Virus record (IMG/VR): IMGVR_UViG_3300027967_000009
Location: 1 to 55,925 of that record
DNA: 55,925 nucleotides
Direction: 5' to 3' (one strand)
Source of the DNA: a virus
Taxonomy: Duplodnaviria; Caudoviricetes
Positions 38,210 to 47,200 of this stretch are shown here, in pieces. The notes beneath the pieces were generated by a model. It made no database searches and was not told the origin of the DNA. It saw only the letters and a program-made list of their open reading frames with translations. A program made the position numbers and the translations under genes. The first letter of the stretch is position 1, and every line of letters begins with the position of its first letter.

Positions 38210-38401
38210 GGCTCTCTTAAACTGTATCTCAACCTCATAAGGAGCCAAAACAGTATCTGTTTCACCACAAAACGGACAGTAGATTTTTTGCTGTGGCGGG
38301 TTACTCATTAGGTGTCCGCCTTTAGGGTCTGCGATCATCATTCCGCCACAGTCACAATACTTGGCACCTTTTGCTACTGCTTGTATATTTTGTACTTCCA
38401 C
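38204..38401 (-). CDS. Cassette 8: zinc-ribbon protein
   Basis: CDCGG.M...L.SNPPQ....CPFCG; AAGGA RBS, GTG start. Confidence 0.7.
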   Translation of the reverse strand: MEVQNIQAVAKGAKYCDCGGMMIADPKGGHLMSNPPQQKIYCPFCGETDTVLAPYEVEIQFKRAL

Positions 38402-38416
38402 TTTAGTTCCTTAGCC

Positions 38417-38457
38417 TTATAACAAGGCAATTAATCGTGACTGCGCAAAGGTTAGTC
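38417..38457 (+). repeat. attC site 8 (truncated)
   Basis: TTATAAC-AAGGCAATTAATCGTGACTGC left arm present; right arm largely missing before GTTAGTC. Confidence 0.6.
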
Positions 38458-38463
38458 AACATG

Positions 38464-38988
38464 CTAGTTTGTCACCAAATACCCTTGTGCCTGAAAATTA
38501 ACTCTCTCTTGATTTATCTCTGGTAGCGTTTTTTTCAAGCCGTTAGGGTGGTTAGGAAGTATCGTATGTGTTTTCTGTTGCTGCTGAAAACCACCTTGCT
38601 GTTGAGGTGCTTGTTGACCTTGGAAGCCGCCTTGTTGACCAGAAGGCTTACCATCTAACATTTGCATTACACCGTTAAAGCCTTGTAGAACAATCTCGGT
38701 AGTATATTGGTCTTGCCCTTGTTGGTTGGTCCATTTGCGCGTTTGTAGTTGACCTTCTACATAAACTTTTGAGCCTTTTTTCAAATAGTCTCTGGCAATT
38801 TCTGCTAACTTTCCAAATAACACAACTCTATGCCATTCGGTTTTTTCTTTTTGCTCGCTTGTTTGTTTGTCTTTCCATTTATCTGAGGTGGCAATGGTAA
38901 TGTTTGCTACAGCACTATTGTTTGGCAAAAATTTAAACTCTACGTCTTTACCTAAGTTACCAACTAAAATCACTTTATTTACTGACAT
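38464..38988 (-). CDS. ssb: Single-stranded DNA-binding protein
   Basis: [39 protein letters not shown]. Confidence 0.95.
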   Translation of the reverse strand: MSVNKVILVGNLGKDVEFKFLPNNSAVANITIATSDKWKDKQTSEQKEKTEWHRVVLFGKLAEIARDYLKKGSKVYVEGQLQTRKWTNQQGQDQYTTEIVLQGFNGVMQMLDGKPSGQQGGFQGQQAPQQQGGFQQQQKTHTILPNHPNGLKKTLPEINQERVNFQAQGYLVTN

Positions 38989-38997
38989 GGGTTTTCC

Positions 38998-39333
38998 TTA
39001 AATGATGGCTAATTCTTGCTTTAATGCTCTAGCTGCAAGAATGTCTTCAATACGGCGTCTAACGGTGCCTTCTGCTTTTTTTTCAGGGCTAACGCTGCTT
39101 GTGTCACCGGGTCTATTACTGATAACAAAGGTTATTTTTTTAGACTTCTTCGATATTTTATGATTACAGCCACAGCTCAACGTGTGCCCAGAAGAAAAAT
39201 TATCCATTCTGACTTCGGTTTCTTTTCCGCAATCACATTGGCAATGTAAGTACTTTTGATTGTTTCTTCCTTTTCGCTTAGCTATAGATACTGCTGTTAA
39301 TTTGCCGTATTTAGTTCCGATAATGCTAGTCAC
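38998..39333 (-). CDS. Protein with Cys-rich module of the type found N-terminal to phage HNH/AP2 proteins
   Basis: G.KYGKLT..CQCDCG...SCGC; no nuclease domain seen. Confidence 0.65.
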   Translation of the reverse strand: MTSIIGTKYGKLTAVSIAKRKGRNNQKYLHCQCDCGKETEVRMDNFSSGHTLSCGCNHKISKKSKKITFVISNRPGDTSSVSPEKKAEGTVRRRIEDILAARALKQELAII

Positions 39334-39344
39334 AACCCCTCTCC

Positions 39345-39725
39345 TTATTTTAATGACACTGACTGCAAGCGTTTGTATAGCGCGGCAGCAACTTTATATT
39401 CCACTTCGTCACCTGCATCGCGACACATGTCTGCATATTCAAGCACTTTCATTTCAGAATTTTTCAAGTGTTGAGTCATAGCAAGTTTTGCTTTTTGTAA
39501 GTTTGCTGTAGTCATATTGACTTTCTCCCTTTGTAGCTCTTTTTTTAAATCTGGAAAATAACGAATCAATGCTTTAAACGCGTCATTAATTTGCTTTACG
39601 GTATGCATGGCTTTGTTTTTGCCTATACTTACCATGCTTAGTTCTTCTGCAAATAGAGCTTTGGCTTGCGCTGGCTTGGTCATGCTTTTATTGATATTTG
39701 GAATGTCAACCGCAACCGTGCTCAT
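39345..39725 (-). CDS. Hypothetical protein
   Basis: ATGA-coupled ORF in the early operon. Confidence 0.7.
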   Translation of the reverse strand: MSTVAVDIPNINKSMTKPAQAKALFAEELSMVSIGKNKAMHTVKQINDAFKALIRYFPDLKKELQREKVNMTTANLQKAKLAMTQHLKNSEMKVLEYADMCRDAGDEVEYKVAAALYKRLQSVSLK

Positions 39726-40081
39726 GAGTTATCCACATTTTCAGGGGATAACTCAGTGCACAGTCTTAGCTCTGGCTTGTTGTTTAAAAGTCCGGTGTCT
39801 TCATAGAACACTTCAAAACCACAACACTTAGCATAAGCAAGCTCAGCTGCAGCACCTTTACTGTGTTCATAACCCGTTAGCATGTAAATAGCGTTACATA
39901 CCGCCAACATGGCCATGTCTATACGCATATACTGCTCATAGGTTAGTCCGTCAGGGTTGACCGCTGGATTTAAGGCAATAAACCCTTGCTCGGTTAGCAT
40001 TATTTGTGCGTCATCAAACGCTTCTTTGTTGGCGTTTTTAATGCCCGTCATAGGGCCAGAAATATAAATAATCTTACTCAT
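39722..40081 (-). CDS. DUF4406-like (nucleoside deoxyribosyltransferase-like fold) protein
   Basis: IYISGPMTG...LNPA...YM.ID.AML..C.AIYML.G...SKGA..E. Confidence 0.85.
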   Translation of the reverse strand: MSKIIYISGPMTGIKNANKEAFDDAQIMLTEQGFIALNPAVNPDGLTYEQYMRIDMAMLAVCNAIYMLTGYEHSKGAAAELAYAKCCGFEVFYEDTGLLNNKPELRLCTELSPENVDNS

Positions 40082-41084
40082 GAATTGCTTCCTCAAGTGC
40101 GGCTTCAGCAGCAGCTATTTGCTCTGTTATCTTTGGGTACGATATATTGCTAGCGTCAAACACCTCTCGCTCAGTTTCATCTGTGACTTCCATGTCTTTA
40201 AACGAGTAAAACAACCGCGACATTTCTTTAGCAAACAACACAAAATCAGCATCAATTCTGGCTAAGTGATCGTCGCTATCAATGTCTTCATTTTGTTCGG
40301 TCAGTACATCAAAAGGTTTGAGTTTTTTAATAAAGCCTCTGCTATCAAGGGTTAAATGAAATGCTTCATCAAACTCCAGGCTAAGGTGGTTAACATCTCG
40401 ATCATCTTCACTAACAAGAGTGCTAATTCTTGGCTGGGTAATATCATGTTCGTTAGTAAATTTAGCCTGTGCTGGTGAGTCACCCATTGCTGATAACTGA
40501 ACATCACCACTAAGCACAAAGCTTGCGTCTAAATCACGCTCTTTTGATATCCAGTCATTCAAGCATTGTTGCAAAGAGCTGGTGAAATAATCAGACACGG
40601 GTAAATGGCCAATGCACTTTCTTAATAATGCTAAAATATCCTCAGCGGCGCCTCTAGTGGCGGTATCAATAATGACTAACTGGTTAATGTTGTCTAAATA
40701 AATGCTGGTGTACTTGTAAGTAGGAAACGCGTTAGGCAGGTGATGAAATAACACATCTTCTTTAAGTTGTTCTTTTTCTTTTTTCGTAGCGCTTCTACAC
40801 TGCTCTTCTTCAATAACCTTTATTTGTTTATCCACTTCTTTTTTTACAAAGTCTGCGGGTAATACTTTGGTTGACTTACAGCTTCTGATTAATTGATAGT
40901 TGTTATTATTTACGCTGTGCACTAAATTCTCGGTGCCTGGTAAAGCGCTAACCCAACCAAAAGTGCTCATTTCTGTGGCGCAACATTCTCTAAACTTATG
41001 TTGGGTCAATAAAAGCTCTAAATTCAGCTGAGAAAAAAAGTTAGCTCGCGTTAGTCTGAAAATATAAGCGTTTTTAAACCACAT
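40074..41084 (-). CDS. rdgC: Recombination-associated protein RdgC
   Basis: MWFKN..I.RL, GW.S.L, K.LP, LP.AF, DADF.L; start moved to 41084. Confidence 0.92.
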   Translation of the reverse strand: MWFKNAYIFRLTRANFFSQLNLELLLTQHKFRECCATEMSTFGWVSALPGTENLVHSVNNNNYQLIRSCKSTKVLPADFVKKEVDKQIKVIEEEQCRSATKKEKEQLKEDVLFHHLPNAFPTYKYTSIYLDNINQLVIIDTATRGAAEDILALLRKCIGHLPVSDYFTSSLQQCLNDWISKERDLDASFVLSGDVQLSAMGDSPAQAKFTNEHDITQPRISTLVSEDDRDVNHLSLEFDEAFHLTLDSRGFIKKLKPFDVLTEQNEDIDSDDHLARIDADFVLFAKEMSRLFYSFKDMEVTDETEREVFDASNISYPKITEQIAAAEAALEEAIHE

Positions 41085-41424
41085 AAGCTGGCTCTCCCGT
41101 AGGTAATTCAGGTAATGCCGATAATTTAGGTAAGCTAAGCAATTTTGGTAAGCGTAGCGCGACACTTTGCTTTTTTACCTGTTTAATTTTTTGAGTGGTT
41201 TTTTCTAAAACGCTTAACGCTAGATCATGTGCATGACCATCTGTGCAATCAAACACCATATAGTGATCACTCTCTATTTTTGCTGACAATAAACCTTCAT
41301 GTACATGAATAGGAAAATCAGGAAAGCCTGTAATATTGGCCGTTTCAAGTAACGCTTTTAAATTACCGCTGGCATGAACTACGCCCAAGTTTTCGCGGTT
41401 TTTTAATACTATAAAATTACGCAT
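41074..41424 (-). CDS. Hypothetical protein
   Basis: Coupled ORF in the early operon. Confidence 0.65.
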   Translation of the reverse strand: MRNFIVLKNRENLGVVHASGNLKALLETANITGFPDFPIHVHEGLLSAKIESDHYMVFDCTDGHAHDLALSVLEKTTQKIKQVKKQSVALRLPKLLSLPKLSALPELPTGEPAYVV

Positions 41425-41977
41425 GTTTCTTTCTCTTTTTGTCTAACGTAGTTGCCACTTTATTTAAAGCGGTGTGTTCCATTTGCCTAATAACAGCGTC
41501 CATCACAATCAATCTTGGCTTCCAATCTCGACGAAATGTTTTGCTGTCGTTAACGCTAATAGCGTGCATTATTTTTTTGTTTTCAATCAGGGGTTGTTGA
41601 GCAACACTTAACTTATAATTAATGAGAGCAAACTCTAAAAGGCGCTGAGCCTTGGGAACTGAGGCTGCATTTAACCGATGAAACACCAGGTATTCTTTAT
41701 AAAAAGCAAGCCACAATGGCACTGTTAAGTTAACAACCTCTGTTTCAGTGACGTCTAACCCCACTACAAACTTCACTAAGGTTTTTTCATGCTCTTCAAG
41801 CGCATTAACGGCATGTACAAAAGGGGTTTGAGAAAAAGCCCAAGGTGGGACTAGGCATTTAGAGCCAAACACACCGCTGATAATATTGTTTTTATCAAGC
41901 GCATTACTTTTAGTGTTGCAGCTAAATGCCCAATCAATCGAGTTACGTAAATAAATATACAGTCTCTCGTTTGACAT
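41417..41977 (-). CDS. Late antiterminator Q-like protein (probable)
   Basis: Position after cro as in N15-like phages; C-terminal HTH-like S..TF.RDW.P. Confidence 0.55.
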   Translation of the reverse strand: MSNERLYIYLRNSIDWAFSCNTKSNALDKNNIISGVFGSKCLVPPWAFSQTPFVHAVNALEEHEKTLVKFVVGLDVTETEVVNLTVPLWLAFYKEYLVFHRLNAASVPKAQRLLEFALINYKLSVAQQPLIENKKIMHAISVNDSKTFRRDWKPRLIVMDAVIRQMEHTALNKVATTLDKKRKKHA

Positions 41978-41984
41978 ACTCAGC

Positions 41985-42848
41985 CTACTTATTTAACGGG
42001 CTATTAGCCCAAATTTGTTGTAGTTTGCTTGTGACCCCAGTGCTAAGTTGAATAACTGTCGATTCTCGTAAACACACAGCAACAAGCTCTATTAGTTTGT
42101 CTTGCAGTAGTTGAAGCTCTGCAATATCGTCACGTTCATCATACTCACCATCCATTGCGGGTTTTGAGCCGCCAATAACATCAGCAAACTGTCTGCTTAT
42201 TTCATCTATCCGAGCGGTGGTTTCTTTTGTGTTGATTTGAGTAGCGCTTGGTAAAGGTATTAGCATGTAACCAGTATTAGCCATCATTTGGTTAAGCGCA
42301 GTTTGTTTAATGTTTTCAGGCAGGCATGACAACCAATAATGTTTCCATGACAACGGCATGGGTTTTTCTTCATTTAATATTCGTGAAACTCTTTGTAGTG
42401 CTGTGTTTTTCCACGTTTGGTATTCGCTAATTTGCTCAGGCACGCTTTTAACCAAGTTGTCGGCGGCAAGTTTCTCGTAAAGCTCTTCCGAAAACTTAGT
42501 TATTGTCATTGGCGTACTGTCTATCCAATGCTGTGTTATATCTAACAGTAACTTTTGTTCGTTGAATGTTGTGTCAGCGCTATGACAAAGACTTTCATCA
42601 GCAATAGGGCTATAATTAACAATGAAGTCAGGATAATGCTCAGGTGATAAGACGTGCTCGGTTTTTAAGCCTTGCTGTTCAAAAATGCTAACCAGAGCAG
42701 TAAGTAATTTTTTACTTACATTGTTAACGGGTTTAGTCTCTAGGCGTGACAGCGTATTCTTAGAGCCACCCGGAACACCGTTTAAAAGTTTTTCTAACGC
42801 TGTTAAAGATAGGTTTCGCGCATCTCTACATTTTTTTAGAGGTGTCAT
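41985..42848 (-). CDS. Cro-like HTH protein with long C-terminal extension
   Basis: LKKCR..RNLSL..L.....SK.TLSRLE; divergent from cI; AAGGA RBS before ATG 42848. Confidence 0.7.
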   Translation of the reverse strand: MTPLKKCRDARNLSLTALEKLLNGVPGGSKNTLSRLETKPVNNVSKKLLTALVSIFEQQGLKTEHVLSPEHYPDFIVNYSPIADESLCHSADTTFNEQKLLLDITQHWIDSTPMTITKFSEELYEKLAADNLVKSVPEQISEYQTWKNTALQRVSRILNEEKPMPLSWKHYWLSCLPENIKQTALNQMMANTGYMLIPLPSATQINTKETTARIDEISRQFADVIGGSKPAMDGEYDERDDIAELQLLQDKLIELVAVCLRESTVIQLSTGVTSKLQQIWANSPLNK

Positions 42849-42860
42849 TTTGCTTTGTCC

Positions 42861-42924
42861 TTGATAAGCATATTTGCGTACACTATACATTAAACATTTA
42901 TGCTTATCAAATATGGGAAGCATA
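42861..42924. promoter_or_regulatory. Candidate operators in the cro/cI intergenic region
   Basis: TTGATAAGCATA (42861-42872) inverted to TATGCTTATCAA (42899-42910); related GGGAAGCATA to 42924. Confidence 0.6.
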
Positions 42925-42964
42925 TTATTTTTTATGGCAAAATATCTTTTTTAATGGGAAATTT

Positions 42965-43615
42965 ATGCTAATGAACAAAACACTTGGGCAATGCCTTGAA
43001 TTCTACAGAACGGAACTCGGTTGGAGTCAAACGCAAGCATCGGGTGAAACTGATTTTGTTATTTCTCAACAGCAAATCGGCAAGCTAGAAAAAGATGACA
43101 TTAAAAACCCTGGTATATTTACCATAAACACCCTGCTTGATGCTTACAATAAAGAGCCTAACGATTTAAAAAAAGACATGGCTGAAGGTGTAGAGGTTGC
43201 GGTAAAAGAACAGGCGCCTTTATTTTCTGTTAGCTCAACTATCCCTTTACTTCATAGCAAAGACATTAAGTGCTACTTAACGGGTGAGCCGGTTACAGCA
43301 ATTGACCACATCCCTTATACTGAAAACCCAAGTAAAAAAATATACGCTGTTAAGTTGGCCAATGAATTAATGAGAGCTAACACTGGTAATAGTTACCCTG
43401 AAAAAAGCATCGTTATTTTTGATGCCACAAAGGTATTTAAAGATCATAGGGATATGATGATAGAAGTCGACGGGGATATTTTATTTAGACGCGTATTTAA
43501 AGACGGATCTACCTATTTTGTTAAAACAACCAACCCAGAATTTCCAAATTCAAGCTCCTGTAAAGATATTTCTTATTTAGGCAGAGCTGTTGAATGTAGA
43601 ATTATAACCAAATGA
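42965..43615 (+). CDS. CI-like prophage repressor (HTH plus S24-like domain)
   Basis: N-terminal XRE HTH; C-terminal SYPE.SIVIFD...NP.FP...GR.V; start 42965 or 42971. Confidence 0.85.
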   Translation: MLMNKTLGQCLEFYRTELGWSQTQASGETDFVISQQQIGKLEKDDIKNPGIFTINTLLDAYNKEPNDLKKDMAEGVEVAVKEQAPLFSVSSTIPLLHSKDIKCYLTGEPVTAIDHIPYTENPSKKIYAVKLANELMRANTGNSYPEKSIVIFDATKVFKDHRDMMIEVDGDILFRRVFKDGSTYFVKTTNPEFPNSSSCKDISYLGRAVECRIITK

Positions 43616-44131
43616 TCATTGATCAAATAGTGAGATCAATGTACCCTTCTAAACGACTTTAATTTTCTGATTAATCATATTTGCTTAATCGCCGAAAAAT
43701 CGGCTAGAATATTGAAGAATTAATAATATTTAATAGATTTATTTACTAAATACTTATGCTGCGCTGAATTTTAGACAAAAAAATACCGTTTCAGCAAAAA
43801 ACGGTATCTCATTTTTATCTTGTGTTTAGCTGGTTTTATTAAAGAGCTCACTACTCTTACATAAAAGGCTAAGTTGTTGTAAATAAAGGTTTTTACAAAA
43901 AGTTCCAACTTGTTCGTAGTCGCTTTTTCCTTACGGAATCAGCAGGATTTTTTATTTACGTTTTTAATATTAAAAAACTTTTCTTAAAAAATCAATACTG
44001 CCCACCTTTTTGTAAAAAATAATTTTAAAACTAAAAACAATAATGAGTTTTAACAATGTTTTTTTTCAGCACAATTTTTACAAAAATAATTTCAAAAAAA
44101 ATAAAAATGAAAACTTTTTCTAAAGAAATTT

Positions 44132-44211
44132 TAGGGGGGGTGGGCAGGGTGCCCACCCCTAACTTTTTTGCAAAATTTAAAGGGGGTGGGCAGGGTGCCC
44201 ACCCCCCCCTA
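44132..44211. repeat. Two GC-rich palindromes GGGGTGGGCA-GGG-TGCCCACCCC upstream of repA
   Basis: Copies at 44137-44159 and 44182-44206 in an AT-rich tract. Confidence 0.85.
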
Positions 44212-44240
44212 TTTTTATTTGAATTATGTGGAGGTTGGTC

Positions 44241-47200
44241 ATGAAAAAACTAACCTTACAACAATTTTATCAAGACAAATTTAGAGGTGACGCCACACTT
44301 TTAATGGCTCACCCTGAAGCATTTAATCAATTGTCTGCTGAGGCAGATAATGCCTATGTGGTTTGGTCTGATATTTGTAACGACATTGACCCAAGCAGAA
44401 TGGGCGGTAAAAACAGTGATAAGTTCACTGGTAAAGTGCCTGTTTCAAACACTAAATACAAAGGCCGTGCGGCTGTTTATAGTAACCTACGTAGCTCGGA
44501 CGATAATACCTTTGAATACCCCACGGTTAACTTTGTATTAAAAGGTAATAACGTTGGTGGTTGGTCTGGTCTGTCTTTGTTAGTAAAACTATACAAAGAA
44601 CACAAGGGTACTATTACTGACAATGAACGACTTAAATGGCAGCGCGAGAGCGAGGCTAAAAAGAAACAATTACTTGCAAAACAAAGCGCAGCAAAGCAAG
44701 AAGGCGAACGCAAAGAAAAACGAAAACACGAATTAAATCAACAGTATAGTGCACTTTTTGATGTTTCACCAAAAGAAGATGGCAGCCAGAGTTACTTAGT
44801 TAAGAAAAAAATAGCTGAGGTGGTTCAATACATAGATATTCGTCGCTGTGTTGAGTTTGATGATGTATATAGCTTAGGTAGAAAAGGCCAAGAGTTTTTA
44901 GCGATTCGCTTTATCGATATTGACGGTAACTATGTTGGTCTTCAACGAATATATGAAGATGGCGCCAAGCTCAACACACCAGGCTTTGATTTTAGCAACG
45001 GTGCACACTGTGTTATTGGTGACATTGATGCTGCAGACGAAAACTATATTTACGCCGGTGAGGGTTTTGCTACTTGTGCAAGCGCTATGCTTGCTATGCA
45101 CAACCATAAAATTGCTAATAATCGCAAAAAAACAGCAGTTATCATAGGTATCAACTCAAACAATTTAAAGAAATGTTTGGCTCTTTTTAAAGACCAAGAA
45201 GCTGACCTAAAAATAAATCATCTGGCTGATAATGACCAATGGAAAAACCAACAAGGTAAAGGTAATGCTGGTTTATTAATTTCATGTTTTGCTGTTGATG
45301 TACTGGGTTATAAATCGGTGGTACCGCTTTTTGAAGATTACACCTTTGATGGTGTTGAATTTGATGAACGACCAACCGATTTTAATGATTTACATTGCCT
45401 TGCTGGGTTAAGTGAGGTTAGACGACAACTAAAAGCCCAGCGCAATAAATTTAAATCTTCAGGTAAAAGCCCTTTTGATAAAACTTGCCGTGAGCTGCGT
45501 TATATTGCTGCTGGTAACGATAATAAAAAGCTCTTTGAGTTAGTTAATAGAGCAATTCAACAAGGTGTCCAACTTTACCCTATACATTACGGTGTGGCTG
45601 ATATTCTTGCTTGTATTGAACACAACATTAAACACCTTTATCACCTGTTTGATAAAGTGAGTTACTTTAATGAACTAAGTGGTCGCTTAAATTGGATTAT
45701 AGGTAAACGTGTCAATAATGCTCAGGCATTCCGTTCGTTTAGTGAAGAGGTTATTTCTAAGCCTCACGTTAACTATAAAAAGTTTAATGACACCCGAATA
45801 ACGCCCGAGATTTATGCGTACATTAAAAACTTAAATGGGGCCGTAGTGGTAAGGGCGCCTATGGGTAGTGGTAAAACCCAACACTTACTTAGCCCACTGA
45901 TGGCCAAATCAGATAGAGCTGCGTATTTTGCACACCGAGTATCATTAATCGCCTCAAGTGTTAGTAATTTAAATAAACGCAGAACAACTCACGCAATTAA
46001 TAAATTTTCGCCCGTTGAACTTGAGCATGTAGATCATATCTTTGCCCAATCTTTTACTCCGGTTGGCTTGAGTAAGTCATTGCCGACTGATTTTTTAGTT
46101 CAAAACTACCAAGACTTTAAAGGTAACGGTATGGGTGTGTTTGCTCGCTCTGTTGAGCAAATGGCCATGTGTATCAACTCTATTACTAATCCATCGTTTT
46201 CACCATTATTGGAGGATTTGGATTTTTCAGCATTTGATGAAGCCGCTCAAACATTGCGCCACGTAGCAGATGGTAGTGCATGTGATAAACCTGAAATGGT
46301 TTATAACGCTATGCTTAAAACCATTAAAAACAGCAGCAAGCAGGTTATTTTGTGTGACGCTGATGCCAATGATGAAGTGATTGAAATGTGCGAACAAGCT
46401 CGCCCTGGTGAAATAATTCATGTGGTTGAGCTAGACACCGATTTCAGCGACATAAAAGTAAAATATACAGACAATGGCGATCAGGTTTTCAACCAAGTGT
46501 TTACTGCTGTCGAAAATAATGAAAAAGTTATCGTTGCTAATGACTCGGCCACCAACGGCAAATCCATGTATGAGCGACTTAAAGAGCGCTTTCCTGCTAA
46601 ACGCTTCTTGTTTATTTACCAAGACTCAAAAGGCAATGCTGATGTTGATTACTTCAACCAAAACCCTGATTTAGCGGTAAACGAGCAGCAATATGATGCT
46701 GTTATTTACTCTCCTTGTATAAGTTCTGGTGTTTCGCTTGAGTCGGGCTATTTCACTAAACATTTTGCTATTTTATGCGGCACCGTAGCACCATCTGACG
46801 CCATTCAAATGATTAGACGCGATCGCTGTGCTAAAGAATTCATTATCGGGTTTAACAAACAAAACACCACATACCCCGAAACTAAAGAAGAAATTATTAT
46901 CGGTATGATCAAAGCGGATGATATCAATCTTACGCTCGATTTATCTGAAGGCATGATGCGACTTGGCCGTATGTACACCAAATTTGATGATATGCGTATC
47001 AATGTTATTGCTAAGCAAAATAGAGCGCGGAATGACTTTGCTAATAACATGCTATTGATACTGCAAGGGGATAAATATCAGCTTGAGCGCATTGCTGAAA
47101 ATGAAGTGGAAAAAGAAATAGGTAATGCACAACGTAACCTTGGTAGAGAAATAGCCAAAGCGCGTGATTTAGAGCTTCAATTAAATCAGGAAACACCCGA

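Larger units (their letters stand above)
35212..38457 (+). mobile_element. Integron-type gene cassette array (8 cassettes) lacking intI
   Basis: Eight TAAC...GTT attC-like sites; each cassette's first GTT core complements its own terminal AAC core. Confidence 0.85.

Noticed and set aside
35212-38457. CRISPR array or REP elements
   Set aside because: Repeats vary in length and sequence, separate whole genes and follow attC core rules; no cas genes
38998-39333. Homing endonuclease
   Set aside because: Only the Cys-rich accessory module is present; no HNH catalytic motif
42884-42895. TATACATTAAAC shared between the cro/cI region and the telomere arm
   Set aside because: A single AT-rich 12-mer match is plausible by chance; no other support
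44056-44244. 62-aa ORF upstream of repA
   Set aside because: Low-complexity translation of A/T runs and palindromes
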